From Candidatus Latescibacterota bacterium (GTDB lineage Bacteria; Latescibacterota; UBA2968; UBA8231): a stretch of 64,000 bases of DNA. Position 1 is the stretch's first letter, and the number at the start of each line of letters is the position of its first letter. Below, piece after piece: positions 36,774 through 47,193 of this stretch. The translations under genes were made by a program, and so were the position numbers. The notes beneath the pieces are model-generated. The model worked only from the letters and a program-made list of their open reading frames with translations, did not search any database and was not told where the DNA came from. The stretch lies in the NCBI GenBank assembly GCA_965206595.1, contig OZ242214.1, positions 6,560,001 through 6,624,000 on the forward strand. The letters run 5' to 3'.

Positions 36774-37502
36774 TTACTTCCCGCGGACGCGCTCCCCGAG
36801 GGCGGTTATCAGGCGGGAGGACTCCGCCCGCGCTTTAGCGAGGCCTGCCGGCGTCGGTTCATCCGTCTTCAGGTAATCGAGGATGACCTGCTCGGCGGCG
36901 ACGAACTCCTCGCAGACATGGGCGACGTCGCTGGCGATATCGTTGGGAACGACGGCGACGCCGTTGCAGTCACCGTGCAGGAGATACCCCGGGAAGATGG
37001 CGATTCCGCCGACGTGAACGGTGCGCCCGAGATCGACCATGTGGTTGTACCCGTGGGAAGCGATGGCACCGTTGGTGAAGGCGGGAAAACCGAGGTCGCG
37101 CACCTGGTCGAGGTCGCGGCCGGTGCCGCTGGTGACCAGGCCGACGGCGCCGAAGGTCTGGTAGACGGAGCACATCACCTCGCCGAAGGTCGCCGCCACC
37201 GATGGACTGTCGAGGTCCTGGAAGACAACCACCGGCGGTCCGGGGACCTCGGAAAACGAGGCCACCTGCCTGTCCATGGTGGAATAGACGTCCCCCTGCG
37301 CCGGGGCCGAGGCGCGCATCGTCACGGTGCTGGCGTACCCGACCATGGGGGGCATCTCCGGGTAGCATGCCTGGATGCGGGAGTCGGTGTAGCCGACGTC
37401 CCGGGGCCTGACCTGGAACAGCTCGATGGCGTTGCAGATGGTCGGAGTATCGTACTTGCGCAGCAGCTCGAGGTCCTCGCTGCTCAGTCCTGGTTTCGAC
37501 AT
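36774..37502 (-). CDS. RraA/HMG-aldolase family protein
   Basis: DTPTICNAIE, PMVGYA, FGEVM, RDL, HGDCNGV. Confidence 0.88.
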   Translation of the reverse strand: MSKPGLSSEDLELLRKYDTPTICNAIELFQVRPRDVGYTDSRIQACYPEMPPMVGYASTVTMRASAPAQGDVYSTMDRQVASFSEVPGPPVVVFQDLDSPSVAATFGEVMCSVYQTFGAVGLVTSGTGRDLDQVRDLGFPAFTNGAIASHGYNHMVDLGRTVHVGGIAIFPGYLLHGDCNGVAVVPNDIASDVAHVCEEFVAAEQVILDYLKTDEPTPAGLAKARAESSRLITALGERVRGK

Positions 37503-37664
37503 TCGGCTTTTCTCCGGTGGAAGTGGGGCCGGCAAGATATCCCGCGGCGCGCGCGGGTGTCAAAGCTGCTTCGGGGGCCGGGGAACCTGCTTGCAGACCG
37601 GCTTTGCGCTGCCTATATCAGGGTAGCGGCAAGGACTAGCCTGCCCTGCCGAGCCGAGGACGAC

Positions 37665-37823
37665 GTGATCGAAGAGATCCTGGACATACTGCTCGACCGG
37701 CGATTGATATCGATCGTCGCCCTGCTCGTCGCCTGCTTCATTCTGCGCGACGTGGTGCGCACCCTGGTGTTCATTTTCGACGCCGGCCGGTGGCGGCGCC
37801 CTCCGAAGTCCCGGGGGAAATGA
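37665..37823 (+). CDS. Small single-TM protein (52 aa), not called separately in the ORF track
   Basis: GTG start after GAGGA; MIEEILDILLDRRLISIVALLVACFILRD...; upstream TTGCAG-17-TATATC (37591-37619). Confidence 0.55.
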   Translation: MIEEILDILLDRRLISIVALLVACFILRDVVRTLVFIFDAGRWRRPPKSRGK

Positions 37824-37882
37824 GCTCCACTGCGCGAGCGGAGTCAGGCGGCGAGGGCCGCGAAAACCCGCCGGTCGGCTCT

Positions 37883-38623
37883 TCAGCCGCCGGCCAGTCG
37901 CTCGGCGTCGTCCTCCGGTTCGTACCCGAGCTCCGAGCGGGCGTTGGAGATGTCCCAGTAAGCCCGGGTGTTACCCGAGATGCCGTAGTAGATCCCGGAG
38001 CGTACCTCCGCCTCGATGCTCCGCCACACCAGCTGCACGCAATCGCGGTGGCTCAACCAGGTCGACAGGATGCGGTCGCCGTCGCGCCCGGTAACCGACT
38101 TTTGCGGCTGGAACGAGCCGATGCGCAGGCTGATCACCTCGAGACCGAACTCGTCGACGTAGTACTGCCCCAGGTCTTCCCCGAACGCCTTGCTGACCCC
38201 GTAGTAGCTGTCGGGGCGCGTCGGCATCTCCGGCCTGGTGTACACGCCCTCCTGCTCGTAGAACCCCGTTACGTGGTTGGTGCTGGCGAACACCACCCGC
38301 TTCACCCCTTGGCGGCGGGCAGCTTCGTAGAGGCAGTAGGTGCCCTTGATGTTGGCCTCGAGCACTTCCTCCCAGGTCGCCGACACGTTGGGGTTGCCGG
38401 CGAGATGGACAATGGCGTCCATGCCGGCGACCGCGGACTCGACGAAGGGGATGTCGGTGATCGCCCCCTGGAAGACCTCCTCCCCGGGGCCCGCGGGCAG
38501 CACGGTCCGGTGATACATCAGGCGCAGGCTGTAACGGTCCCGCAGGCCATCGCGCAGCACTTGGCCGATGCGGCCTGCCGCCCCCGTGATCAGAACCCTT
38601 TTTCTCCGCCCGCTACCCTGCAT
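37883..38623 (-). CDS. NAD-dependent epimerase/uronate dehydrogenase-like SDR
   Basis: ITGAAGRIG, FASTNH, RPDSYYGVSKAFGE, LRIGS, WLSHRD. Confidence 0.85.
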   Translation of the reverse strand: MQGSGRRKRVLITGAAGRIGQVLRDGLRDRYSLRLMYHRTVLPAGPGEEVFQGAITDIPFVESAVAGMDAIVHLAGNPNVSATWEEVLEANIKGTYCLYEAARRQGVKRVVFASTNHVTGFYEQEGVYTRPEMPTRPDSYYGVSKAFGEDLGQYYVDEFGLEVISLRIGSFQPQKSVTGRDGDRILSTWLSHRDCVQLVWRSIEAEVRSGIYYGISGNTRAYWDISNARSELGYEPEDDAERLAGG

Positions 38624-38791
38624 GTCGTCTCATTCTCCCGAATCTCCTGCGCCTTGTCGACAGGCCGCACCAGCATGCGGCGGCCGGCACCATCCCCACC
38701 TGCAGCGGCGCACTGCCAAGCCTGCGGAGGAGAAAGCCTCCGCTCCAGTTTCCATCCCCTGTTCGCGGAGTTTCTTTGAACAAGCCCGGAA

Positions 38792-39442
38792 TCAGCGCGC
38801 CGCCCAAAGGCAGCCGCGGCGCTGGATCTCCCTGGCTTCCGGCACGTCGAAGTCGGCTGCCACGTGCCCCAGCGACGAATAGAACACCCTGCCCTCTCCC
38901 CAGCGACGCTTCCATACCACCGGCATGACCGTGCCTTCCACCCACGGCGCGCTTCGCCGCGGGCCGACGGCCGTCGTCGCCAGCACCTCGTTCCCGGGGT
39001 CGACGTGCATGTAGTACTGCTCCGAGTGCATCGAGAAGCTGCCCAGACCGCTGACGATCGGATCCTCCGGTCGGCAGATGTCGACCTGGTAGTCGATGAT
39101 GCCGTCCGGGTGGGCGATGAACTGGCCGCCGACCATGAACTGGTAGGTGCAGTTGTTTCTGAAGGCGTCCGCCATGCCTCCGTGCCAGCCGGCGACCCCG
39201 ACGCCGCTGTGGATGGCGTCGAGGAGGCCCCTTTCCTCGTCGCCCTCGATCCGGCCCATCGTCCAGATCGGAACGATCAGGCTCAACCCTCGCATGAAAT
39301 CCTCGTCGAGGTAGATGGAAAGCGATTCCGAAACGGTGACCTCGAACCCCTCCCCCTCGAGGATCGGCGCCCAGATCTTCGTACACTGCCGGGGCTGGTG
39401 GCCCTCCCAACCCCCCGAAACGATCAGTGCCTTTCTCATCAT
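38792..39442 (-). CDS. ThuA (trehalose utilisation) domain protein
   Basis: [43 protein letters not shown]. Confidence 0.88.
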   Translation of the reverse strand: MMRKALIVSGGWEGHQPRQCTKIWAPILEGEGFEVTVSESLSIYLDEDFMRGLSLIVPIWTMGRIEGDEERGLLDAIHSGVGVAGWHGGMADAFRNNCTYQFMVGGQFIAHPDGIIDYQVDICRPEDPIVSGLGSFSMHSEQYYMHVDPGNEVLATTAVGPRRSAPWVEGTVMPVVWKRRWGEGRVFYSSLGHVAADFDVPEAREIQRRGCLWAAR

Positions 39443-39623
39443 TACCTTTCCCGGGTCCGCGGAAAGCGCGGCTGGTCCAACTACCGGCCGCCACCATTCC
39501 GCAACGAATCGCCATATCAGTAAGGAAGGGTCACGGGCGAAGTCAAGATTGCCGCCCCCCGGAGGATGGGTTTCCTTTCCGCCTCTGCAATCGGGCAGAG
39601 ATGCCGATCTCGTCCCTCCCACC

Positions 39624-39668
39624 GAAAAAACCACCATCACCTTTGAAAAAACCGCCATCACCTTCGAA
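39624..39668 (+). repeat. 21-bp tandem duplication directly upstream of the dehydratase start
   Basis: GAAAAAACCACCATCACCTTT GAAAAAACCGCCATCACCTTC GAA. Confidence 0.85.
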
Positions 39669-41392
39669 TGAATAACGCCCCACTGAGAAGCGCCGACTGG
39701 TTCGCACCGGTCACCCATCATGGTTTCGTCAGCCGCAGCTGGCTCAAAGGCCGCGGCCACCCGCAGCAGATGTTCGACGACAAACCCGTCATCGGCATCT
39801 GCAACACCTGGTCCGACCTCAATCCCTGCAACGCCCACCTGCGCATCCTCGCCGAGTCGGCGAAGCGCGGCGTGTACGAAGCGGGCGGCTTCCCCCTGGA
39901 GTTCCCGGTGATGTCGCTTGGGGAAACCCTGATGCGGCCGACGACGATGCTCTACCGCAACCTGCTGAGCATGGACGTCGAGGAGTCGATCCGCGCCAAC
40001 CCGATCGACGGTGTCCTGCTGCTCACCGGGTGCGACAAGACCACCCCGGGAGCGCTGATGGGGGCCTGCAGCGTCGATCTGCCGACCATGGTGGTCACCG
40101 GCGGACCGATGCTGACAGGCAAGTACCGCGGCCCCAACATCGGCTCCGGCACCGACGTCCACCGCTTTTTCACCTTCACCGAGCTGCGCGCCGGCAGCAT
40201 CAGCGAGGAGGAGTTCCTCGAGGCGGAGGGCTGCATGACGCGGAGCGACGGCCACTGCATGACCATGGGAACCGCCTCGACGATGGCCTGCATGGTCGAG
40301 ACCCTGGGACTGACCCTGCCGACCGGGGCGGCCATTCCCGCCTCGGACGCGCGCCGCCGGAACCTCGCCCACCGCGCCGGCAACCGCATCGTCGAGCTGG
40401 TGCGGGAAGGGGTGCGGCCGTCCGACATCGTGTCGCGGAAGTCGCTGGAGAACGCCATCAGGGTGAACGCCGCCATCGGCGGATCGACCAACTTCGTCGT
40501 GCACCTGCTGGCCATCGCCGGCCGCCTGGGACTGCCGCTGGAGCTCGACGACTTCGACCGGCTCGGCAGCCGCATGCCCCTGCTGGTCAACCTGATGCCG
40601 TCAGGGGAACACCTGATGGAGGACTTCTACTACGCCGGGGGGCTCCCGGCGGTACTGCGGGAGCTGTCGGGGCAGCTCCATGCCGACTGCCCGACGGTGT
40701 CCGGGGTGAGCCTCGGGGAAAACGTCGCGGGCGCGGAGTGCTACAACCGGGACGTCATCGCCGCCGTCGACGCCCCCTTCCAGGAAGAGGCCGGCATCGC
40801 CGTATTGCGCGGCAACCTCTGTCCCGGCGGCGCGGTGATCAAGCCCTCGGCCGCCTCGCCGGAACGCATGCGGCATCGCGGCCGCGCCGTGGTCTTCGAG
40901 AGCCTCGAGGATCACCGGGCACGCGTTGACGACCCGGACCTCGACGTCGACGAGGACTGCATCCTGGTCCTGAAGGGAATCGGCCCCAGGGAATTCCCCG
41001 GAATGCCGGAGTTCGGCAAGTTCGGCCTGCCCCGGAAGCTGCTGCAAAAAGGGGTGCGCGACATGGTCTGCATATCGGACGGGCGCATGAGCGGCACCGC
41101 TTTCGGCACCATCGTCCTGCACGTCGCTCCCGAAGCCGCAGTGGGAGGTCCGCTGGCGCTAGTGGAGGACGGCGACATGATCGAGCTCGACGTCCCCGGC
41201 AGGAGACTTGATCTCGACGTCTCCGCGGCCGAACTGGAGCGGCGGAGGCAGCGGTGGCAGCCGCCGCGGCCGCGAGCCGACCGCGGCTACGTCGGCATCT
41301 ACCTCGACCACGTGCTGCAGGCCGACCGCGGCGTCGACCTCGACGTGCTGATTGGCTGCTCCGGCTCCGTCGGTCCGCGCCCGTTCGTGTAG
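39668..41392 (+). CDS. IlvD/Edd-family dehydratase (pentonate/L-arabinonate dehydratase-like)
   Basis: [36 protein letters not shown]. Confidence 0.9.
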   Translation: MNNAPLRSADWFAPVTHHGFVSRSWLKGRGHPQQMFDDKPVIGICNTWSDLNPCNAHLRILAESAKRGVYEAGGFPLEFPVMSLGETLMRPTTMLYRNLLSMDVEESIRANPIDGVLLLTGCDKTTPGALMGACSVDLPTMVVTGGPMLTGKYRGPNIGSGTDVHRFFTFTELRAGSISEEEFLEAEGCMTRSDGHCMTMGTASTMACMVETLGLTLPTGAAIPASDARRRNLAHRAGNRIVELVREGVRPSDIVSRKSLENAIRVNAAIGGSTNFVVHLLAIAGRLGLPLELDDFDRLGSRMPLLVNLMPSGEHLMEDFYYAGGLPAVLRELSGQLHADCPTVSGVSLGENVAGAECYNRDVIAAVDAPFQEEAGIAVLRGNLCPGGAVIKPSAASPERMRHRGRAVVFESLEDHRARVDDPDLDVDEDCILVLKGIGPREFPGMPEFGKFGLPRKLLQKGVRDMVCISDGRMSGTAFGTIVLHVAPEAAVGGPLALVEDGDMIELDVPGRRLDLDVSAAELERRRQRWQPPRPRADRGYVGIYLDHVLQADRGVDLDVLIGCSGSVGPRPFV

Positions 41393-41485
41393 GAGCCGGC
41401 GACTCGCTCATGGGCCTTGGGGCAGTCCCGCACGAAATGGACGCCACTCCGGAAATGAGCCTGAATCCGTCCCACGAGTAACGCC

Positions 41486-42337
41486 ATGCCCTTCCTTTCC
41501 AGAGCCGTAGCAGGTGTGGGCGGTCGGCGCCGCCTCGGCACCCCCTCCCTGCTGCTGCTGCTCGTCGCCCTGAGCGGTTGCGCCGCGGTGCGCCAGCAGC
41601 TGGGGAGGAGCCTGGTCCCCCCGGAAACGGAGATCGAGCTCGGGCGCAAGCTCTCCCGGCAGATCGAAGCGGAGCAGCCGGTTCTGCGCGACCGCGAAAT
41701 CCAGCGCTACGTCGCCGAGATCGGCCGGCCACTCATCCTCGCCAGCCATCGCGACCGGCCCGGGATCCCCTACCGCATCCGCGTCCTCGACGACCCCCGC
41801 CAGGTCAACGCCTTCGCCCTTCCCGGGGGATTCATCTACTTCTACTCCGGCCTGCTGCTTTTCGCCGAGAACGAGGCCGAGGTGGCAGGCGTGCTCGCGC
41901 ACGAGATCGGCCACGTGGTCGGGAGGCACTCGGCCAACCAGCTGGCGACCCGCTTCGGGGTGCAGCTGTTGGCGGCGATTGCCCTGGGGGATAACCCGGC
42001 GCTTCTCGCCGAGCTGACGGCCGACATCCTCGAGGCCGGCTCTATGGCCGAATTCAGCAGGGACGACGAACGGGAAGCGGACCGCTACGGCGTCGCCTAC
42101 ACCATCGCCGCAGGGTACGATCCCCGGGGCATGATCACCTTTTTCTCCCGGCTGCTTGAAGCCGAATCCGCCCGGCGGCCGGGGTACTTCGAAAAGCTGA
42201 TGTCCACCCACCCCGCGACCGCGGAGCGCATCCGCGACATCGAGAGGCGGATCACCAGGGCCGGCGATCCGGATGGGCGGCTCGGAGCCGAGCGCTTTGA
42301 GCGCATGCGTGCCCGGCTGAAGCGCGGATACCGTTGA
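41486..42337 (+). CDS. M48-family metalloprotease lipoprotein
   Basis: Lipobox LSGC, NAFALPGG, HEIGH, EREAD, STHP. Confidence 0.9.
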   Translation: MPFLSRAVAGVGGRRRLGTPSLLLLLVALSGCAAVRQQLGRSLVPPETEIELGRKLSRQIEAEQPVLRDREIQRYVAEIGRPLILASHRDRPGIPYRIRVLDDPRQVNAFALPGGFIYFYSGLLLFAENEAEVAGVLAHEIGHVVGRHSANQLATRFGVQLLAAIALGDNPALLAELTADILEAGSMAEFSRDDEREADRYGVAYTIAAGYDPRGMITFFSRLLEAESARRPGYFEKLMSTHPATAERIRDIERRITRAGDPDGRLGAERFERMRARLKRGYR

Positions 42338-42526
42338 CGACCCGGAGGCGGCCACGGAATCAGAGAGGTGCCTCGCGCCTCCGGAGCTTTCAGGCAGGGG
42401 TGCTGCTGCGAAAACAGTGTTATGGAGAACGGCTTCGCGGGAGTTGTAGAGTACCGGCAGGCCGGGGTGAGAAATCTGGCTGCGTTTCCGCGGCCAGCCA
42501 GCAGGTGCGGCCCCGCGGAACCTCGC

Positions 42527-43333
42527 TCAGGCGAAGCGGTATTCCGGGGGATCGAAGAGGAATCCGTGGAACAGCTTGCGGCGCTCGGACGAGAGGGCGT
42601 TGTAGAACCCGGGCGGATAGCTCCAGTGTTCGGGGTTGCCCATGATCCAGGGGACCTCGTAGGCGTAATACAGCATGATGCGCCTGCCGCCGGGGCGCCG
42701 CTTGGGGCCGCGGGAGTGCCACAGGGCGTTGTGAAACAGGACCGCCGTGCCCCGAGGACCGCAGACCTGCACCGCCTCTGGAAGCGTATCGAATCCCCAC
42801 AGCTGCTCCGGGCCCGGCTCGTCGTCGTCGCGGTGGGACCCCGGGACGATCACCAGGTTCCCTTGATCCGGTTGGGTCATGTCCGACAGGATGTAACCAA
42901 TCTTCAGCTGGAGAAGCGGGATCCGCGGGCGCAGATTGCGGTAGCCGCGGTCGGCGCCGTCGATGTGCCACCCCGGCTCGCGCTCGCAGACCCCCTGTTC
43001 CCAGATGGCGTCGGAGGCGTGGAAGTGGGCCTCCTCGTGAAGCAGGGTGCGCACGTACGGCATGATGGCGCCGTAGTCGACGAGCTCGAGGAACTCCGGA
43101 TCGTCGTCGAGGATGTGGAAGATGCGCCGGTCCGCCCCCTCGATGGCGATCCGCTTTCCCGGGCTGTTCGGGGGGACGCCCTCGCGCTCGAGGAGGGCAC
43201 GCCGTTCCATCGCCGCGCCCAGCCGATCCGCGAGTTTTTCGACCAGGGCCGCGGGCAGAAACGAGTCGAGCTGCAGGTACCCCTTCGAATCGAAGAAGCC
43301 CCGCTCGCCGGCGGTAGGTCGCGTTTCCGTCAT
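42527..43333 (-). CDS. Phytanoyl-CoA dioxygenase (PhyH) family Fe(II)/2OG enzyme
   Basis: WHID, VPGSH, LWH..., R motif; alternative start at 43357. Confidence 0.85.
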   Translation of the reverse strand: MTETRPTAGERGFFDSKGYLQLDSFLPAALVEKLADRLGAAMERRALLEREGVPPNSPGKRIAIEGADRRIFHILDDDPEFLELVDYGAIMPYVRTLLHEEAHFHASDAIWEQGVCEREPGWHIDGADRGYRNLRPRIPLLQLKIGYILSDMTQPDQGNLVIVPGSHRDDDEPGPEQLWGFDTLPEAVQVCGPRGTAVLFHNALWHSRGPKRRPGGRRIMLYYAYEVPWIMGNPEHWSYPPGFYNALSSERRKLFHGFLFDPPEYRFA

Positions 43334-43470
43334 GGCCGGAACGGTACACTGTTGCATGGGGGGGGTTCAAGCGCTGAGAAGCCACGGCGTCCATCCGGAA
43401 ATCCTGATCTGCCGGTCGTCTGCCGCACCAGAAGGTCTTACCGGAAGTAGGGGAGGGGCGGTCGGATTCG

Positions 43471-44118
43471 CTATTCGATCAACCGCGGTTTCTCGCGCCG
43501 CAACAGCCCGTCTCCGTCGTTGATCCTGGCGCCGGAAGGAGCGCGAACCGGCCCGGACAGCAGTGGATCGCCGGTCTCTTTTATCCACTGATCCCGACGC
43601 CCGCGCATCAGGCCAAGAACTCCGGCCCCGCCGCGATCGGCCGCGAGGTTGCGCGCCTCGTTCGGGCCTGATGCCAGGTCGTACAGCTGCTCCGCCTCCG
43701 GCGCCGGGAGGGTTGCCCAGGAACTCGGCGGCGGCCGGGGCCGCTTCCGAGGCGCTGTTGGAGTCCGTATCGAGCACCTGGAGGCACCCCAGCTCCGCGT
43801 CGCGGTGCCCACGTGCTGGACACCGGGGAGTACGGTGTGGTACCCGCACTCCCCAATACGCGCGCCAGATGCCGGCGGGAGTCCGCCAGCGAGAAGCCGC
43901 GGTGCACCAGCCCCAGCATGCCGCTGCAGGGGGCCCACTTGCCCGTCAACAGCGCCGCCCAGCTCGGCTCCGCAGGTCGGTGCAGCGCAGAAGGCGCTCC
44001 GGAACAGCAGGCCCTGTTCGGCGAGCTCCTGTAGGACGGGGACTGCACCGTGTCCGTAGGGCTGCACGTAGCGGCCCGTATCGTGGGAATGCAGGTAGAC
44101 GACATCGAGTGATTTCAT
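43471..44118 (-). pseudogene. Degraded sulfatase
   Basis: HSHDTGR..AFCAAPTC in one frame, PSWAALLTG..GMLGLVHRGF in another, then jumps to C-terminal EQLYDL..PNE.RNLA..ETGDPLL; frameshifts and a large internal deletion. Confidence 0.8.
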
Positions 44119-44140
44119 GATTTCACCTGCGGAGGCCAAG

Positions 44141-44182
44141 TTGACAGCACCCTGCCATCCTGTAGGTTTAGTCGCGACTAAA
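44141..44182 (+). promoter_or_regulatory. Sigma70-type promoter with overlapping 16-bp palindrome (putative DtxR/MntR operator)
   Basis: TTGACA 44141-44146, TAGGTT 44163-44168; perfect palindrome TTTAGTCGCGACTAAA at 44167-44182. Confidence 0.7.
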
Positions 44183-44231
44183 AATCAGCCTCGATTGTGC
44201 GCGATTCAGTTGAAATACAGGTAACCCGGCG

Positions 44232-44954
44232 TTGACCCCGAAGAGCGACAGGCTCCCACCAGACGGGACGATCAGCGAGTCGGTCCAGGACTACCTGAAG
44301 GCGATATACAAGCTTTCCAACAGCCCGGATACGGAGCAATCCGGCGACGGATCGGTTACCACCTCCCTGCTCGCCGAGCGCATGCAGGTCTCGGCGGCTT
44401 CGGCGACCAACATGATCAAGAAACTGGCGGAGATGCGCTTGCTCCGGCACCGCCCCTACCAGGGGGTGCGGCTGACGGGCGCGGGCGAAAAAATGGCTCT
44501 CGAAATCATCCGCCACCACCGCCTGCTCGAGCTCTACCTGGCGCAGGCCCTCGGGTACGGGTGGGACCGTGTCGACGCCGAGGCGGAGCGTCTTGAACAC
44601 GCCATCTCCGAGGACTTCGAAGACCACATCGACCGCGCCATGGGGTACCCGACCGTGGGTGCCCACGGCGAGCCGATTCCCTCCAAGGAGGGAATCATCG
44701 CCGTCCACGACTACCAGCGGTTGTCGGATATCGAATCTGGACAGGTGGTCTGCATCTCGCAGGTCAGCGACCGAAGCCCCGAGCTGCTGCGCTATCTCGA
44801 CGAGAAGGGACTTCACCTCGGCACCGAGCTGGAGGTTCGCGACAAGGCCCCTTTCAGCGGCTCGATGCTCATCGCGATCCGCGAGTGCGAGCACCACCTC
44901 GGCCTCGAGGTCGCCGATCAGATCTTCGTCGCCCTGGTCGATGGCGGGGGCTGA
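44232..44954 (+). CDS. DtxR/MntR-family metal-dependent repressor with FeoA domain
   Basis: SVQDYLKAIY, RHHRLLELYL, EAERLEH, HGEPIP. Confidence 0.92.
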   Translation: MTPKSDRLPPDGTISESVQDYLKAIYKLSNSPDTEQSGDGSVTTSLLAERMQVSAASATNMIKKLAEMRLLRHRPYQGVRLTGAGEKMALEIIRHHRLLELYLAQALGYGWDRVDAEAERLEHAISEDFEDHIDRAMGYPTVGAHGEPIPSKEGIIAVHDYQRLSDIESGQVVCISQVSDRSPELLRYLDEKGLHLGTELEVRDKAPFSGSMLIAIRECEHHLGLEVADQIFVALVDGGG

Positions 44955-44957
44955 CGG

Positions 44958-45575
44958 CTACTCGTGGGGCCCGTATCCGTTCGATTTCACCCGGCGCTGC
45001 TGCTCCAGGCGCAGGCGCAGCTTCGGCAGCACTTCTTCGAAGTGATCGCAGAGGTAGCGCAGGCGTTCGCTCTCGCTGAGCATCTCCATCACCCTTTGCT
45101 TCTGCTTCAGGTCGAAACCACAGTTGACGGCGATCTCGAAGGCCGTCGCGTCCCTCCCGACCTCCTCGTCCGCTCCGGGAGCCGCCAGGGCAAGCAGCTC
45201 ACGGTAGGCGTCCCCCGCTTCCCGGGCCAGGGCCGGGTCGCCGGTTTCGCCGGCATCCTCGAGGAGCTCGACACGCCCCTGCAGGTACGGCTTGTCCTCG
45301 ATCACCTCGAGGGTGCGGTAGCGCTGTCTGCCGACGGTGACGATATGCATCGAACCGTCCGCATGACGCTTCGCTATCTCCGAGACCACCGCGGTGCAGC
45401 CGACCTCGGCGACTTCGCCATCGTCGAACAGCGAGATCCCGAACGGCGCGAACTCACCGGTTCCTTCCGGCTCGCAGTCGGCGATCATCGCCTTGTAGCG
45501 CTCCTCGAAAATGTAGAGCGGCACCGTCTGTCCCGGGTAGACGACGACGGCGAGAGGGAACAGTGGGATCAGCAT
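44958..45575 (-). CDS. LON peptidase substrate-binding (N-terminal) domain protein
   Basis: IPLFPL, PLYIFEERYKAM, VGC. Confidence 0.88.
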   Translation of the reverse strand: MLIPLFPLAVVVYPGQTVPLYIFEERYKAMIADCEPEGTGEFAPFGISLFDDGEVAEVGCTAVVSEIAKRHADGSMHIVTVGRQRYRTLEVIEDKPYLQGRVELLEDAGETGDPALAREAGDAYRELLALAAPGADEEVGRDATAFEIAVNCGFDLKQKQRVMEMLSESERLRYLCDHFEEVLPKLRLRLEQQRRVKSNGYGPHE

Positions 45576-45646
45576 CGGCCGGGAACGGTTTTTTTCGCCA
45601 TGGGTGCCTTTTGCGTGAATCCAATCGCCGTCGGTCCGCAGGAATC

Positions 45647-45946
45647 ATGACCGACTACTACACCCCCGCCTCCGAAGAGCATATCGAGAGAGAGAAGCAG
45701 AAGGGGCGGGAGCTGCGCCGGAGCCAGTGGTGGAAGAACAGGTGCGGCGAGGGCAGATGCCACTACTGCAACGGGCGCTTCCACCCCAGGGAACTGACCA
45801 TGGATCACGTCGTGCCTGTCGTTCGCGGAGGCTTCTCGGTCAAGAGCAACGTCGTCCCCTGCTGCACCGAATGCAATGCTACAAAGGGCGATCTCGTCCC
45901 TGTCGAATGGACGGAGTACCTCGAGCGCCTCGGCGGACGCAGCTGA
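45647..45946 (+). CDS. Small HNH endonuclease
   Basis: LRRSQWWK, CHYC, LTMDHVVP..RGG.S.KSNVVPCCTECN. Confidence 0.88.
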   Translation: MTDYYTPASEEHIEREKQKGRELRRSQWWKNRCGEGRCHYCNGRFHPRELTMDHVVPVVRGGFSVKSNVVPCCTECNATKGDLVPVEWTEYLERLGGRS

Positions 45947-46116
45947 CGATTCCGGGTCCCCTTCCCGACCTCCCGACACCCGCCGCTGCCGCCCCGCCCT
46001 TTCAGTAGATTTCTCTCGCCTTCCCGGGCGCCGGGATGGGCGCCCGTCCAACCGGTGCTGTTGCCCTGTGCCGGCCTCTCGTTGAGTCCCGCACAGGACG
46101 GCACCACGGTTCCCGC

Positions 46117-47082
46117 CTAGTGGTAGTGCCGGATTCCGTCGATGGCAGCCCGTACTTCCTCGGCCACCTCGGCGGGAACCCGGGGATTGAACGGCCCCCC
46201 TTCGCCGGCTACCACGTCCTGCCAGCCGCCGGCATGCATCGCCTCGACTACGGCGGAGTAGTTGTACATGCGCCCGTCGCGGAAGCGGATCTCCTCCAGC
46301 GCCGCGAGCTCTCCTTCGACCTTGAGCGAGACCTCGTAGTCGCCGCGGCGCTGGGCGTTGTTGATCTCGTCGGAGGCCTTCGAGAAGGCGATGTTGATGC
46401 CCGATGTGTGCCCGCTCGCACCGAGCTCGGCGGCACGGGTCGAGCGGTCGCCGATGCCCCAGATGACCATGCCGCGACTGCGGTCGACTTGCTCCACCAG
46501 GGGCACAACGTCCTCGTCACGGGTCCCGACCTTGACCCCTATGAAATGCGGCGAGTCGTTGACGAGCCCGACCACGTACGGGATCTGTTCCGGGGACCGC
46601 AGGTAGTAGAGCAGCCGCGCCCCGCACTCGCCTGCCCGCTCGGCGAACTCCATGTAGGTGTCGTAAAGCCCCGCAGGCTGGATGATCCCGGTCAGCGGCA
46701 TCACGAGATAGACGTCGGGGGGATGGTCGAGTGCGGACATGGTCTCGATCAGCCGGGCGGCGTCGGAAAGGGGGTTCGGCGCTATGCCGGCCATCAGCAC
46801 CCCCCTTCCTGCCATGCGCTCGCCGGCGACCTCCATCAGGCGGACCTGGTCTTCGCCGGATATGTGATGGACCAGGCTGGTACCGGCGACGGCGATGGCG
46901 CGCCGCCGGTCCCCCTCGAGATGGTTGGTGTTCATCAGGTAATCGACGTTTGTCGCGTGCCCCTCGAAGTCGACCTCTCCATTCCTGAACGGCACCACGG
47001 GAATCGAAATCACCGTGTCGAGGGCGTCGCGGAGCTCGTCGGTCTCCAGTCCGGGGCTCGCGGTATTCGTCAGTACTGTCAT
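46117..47082 (-). CDS. DHDPS/NAL-family aldolase or dehydratase
   Basis: PVVPF, AGTS, YYLR, GVKVG (Schiff-base Lys), TSG. Confidence 0.75.
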   Translation of the reverse strand: MTVLTNTASPGLETDELRDALDTVISIPVVPFRNGEVDFEGHATNVDYLMNTNHLEGDRRRAIAVAGTSLVHHISGEDQVRLMEVAGERMAGRGVLMAGIAPNPLSDAARLIETMSALDHPPDVYLVMPLTGIIQPAGLYDTYMEFAERAGECGARLLYYLRSPEQIPYVVGLVNDSPHFIGVKVGTRDEDVVPLVEQVDRSRGMVIWGIGDRSTRAAELGASGHTSGINIAFSKASDEINNAQRRGDYEVSLKVEGELAALEEIRFRDGRMYNYSAVVEAMHAGGWQDVVAGEGGPFNPRVPAEVAEEVRAAIDGIRHYH

Positions 47083-47193
47083 CGCAGCTGATTCCTCCGG
47101 TTTGGTTGGCAGGCTTTACGGTATCCGGGAGCCCGGTCGCTGTCAATTCACCGGCGGCCGGCATGAAGCCAAGGCTTCTCCTCCGGAAATGGC

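Noticed and set aside
45647-45946. HNH gene as a homing endonuclease or mobile element
   Set aside because: Small stand-alone HNH with host codon usage; no intron or repeat boundaries
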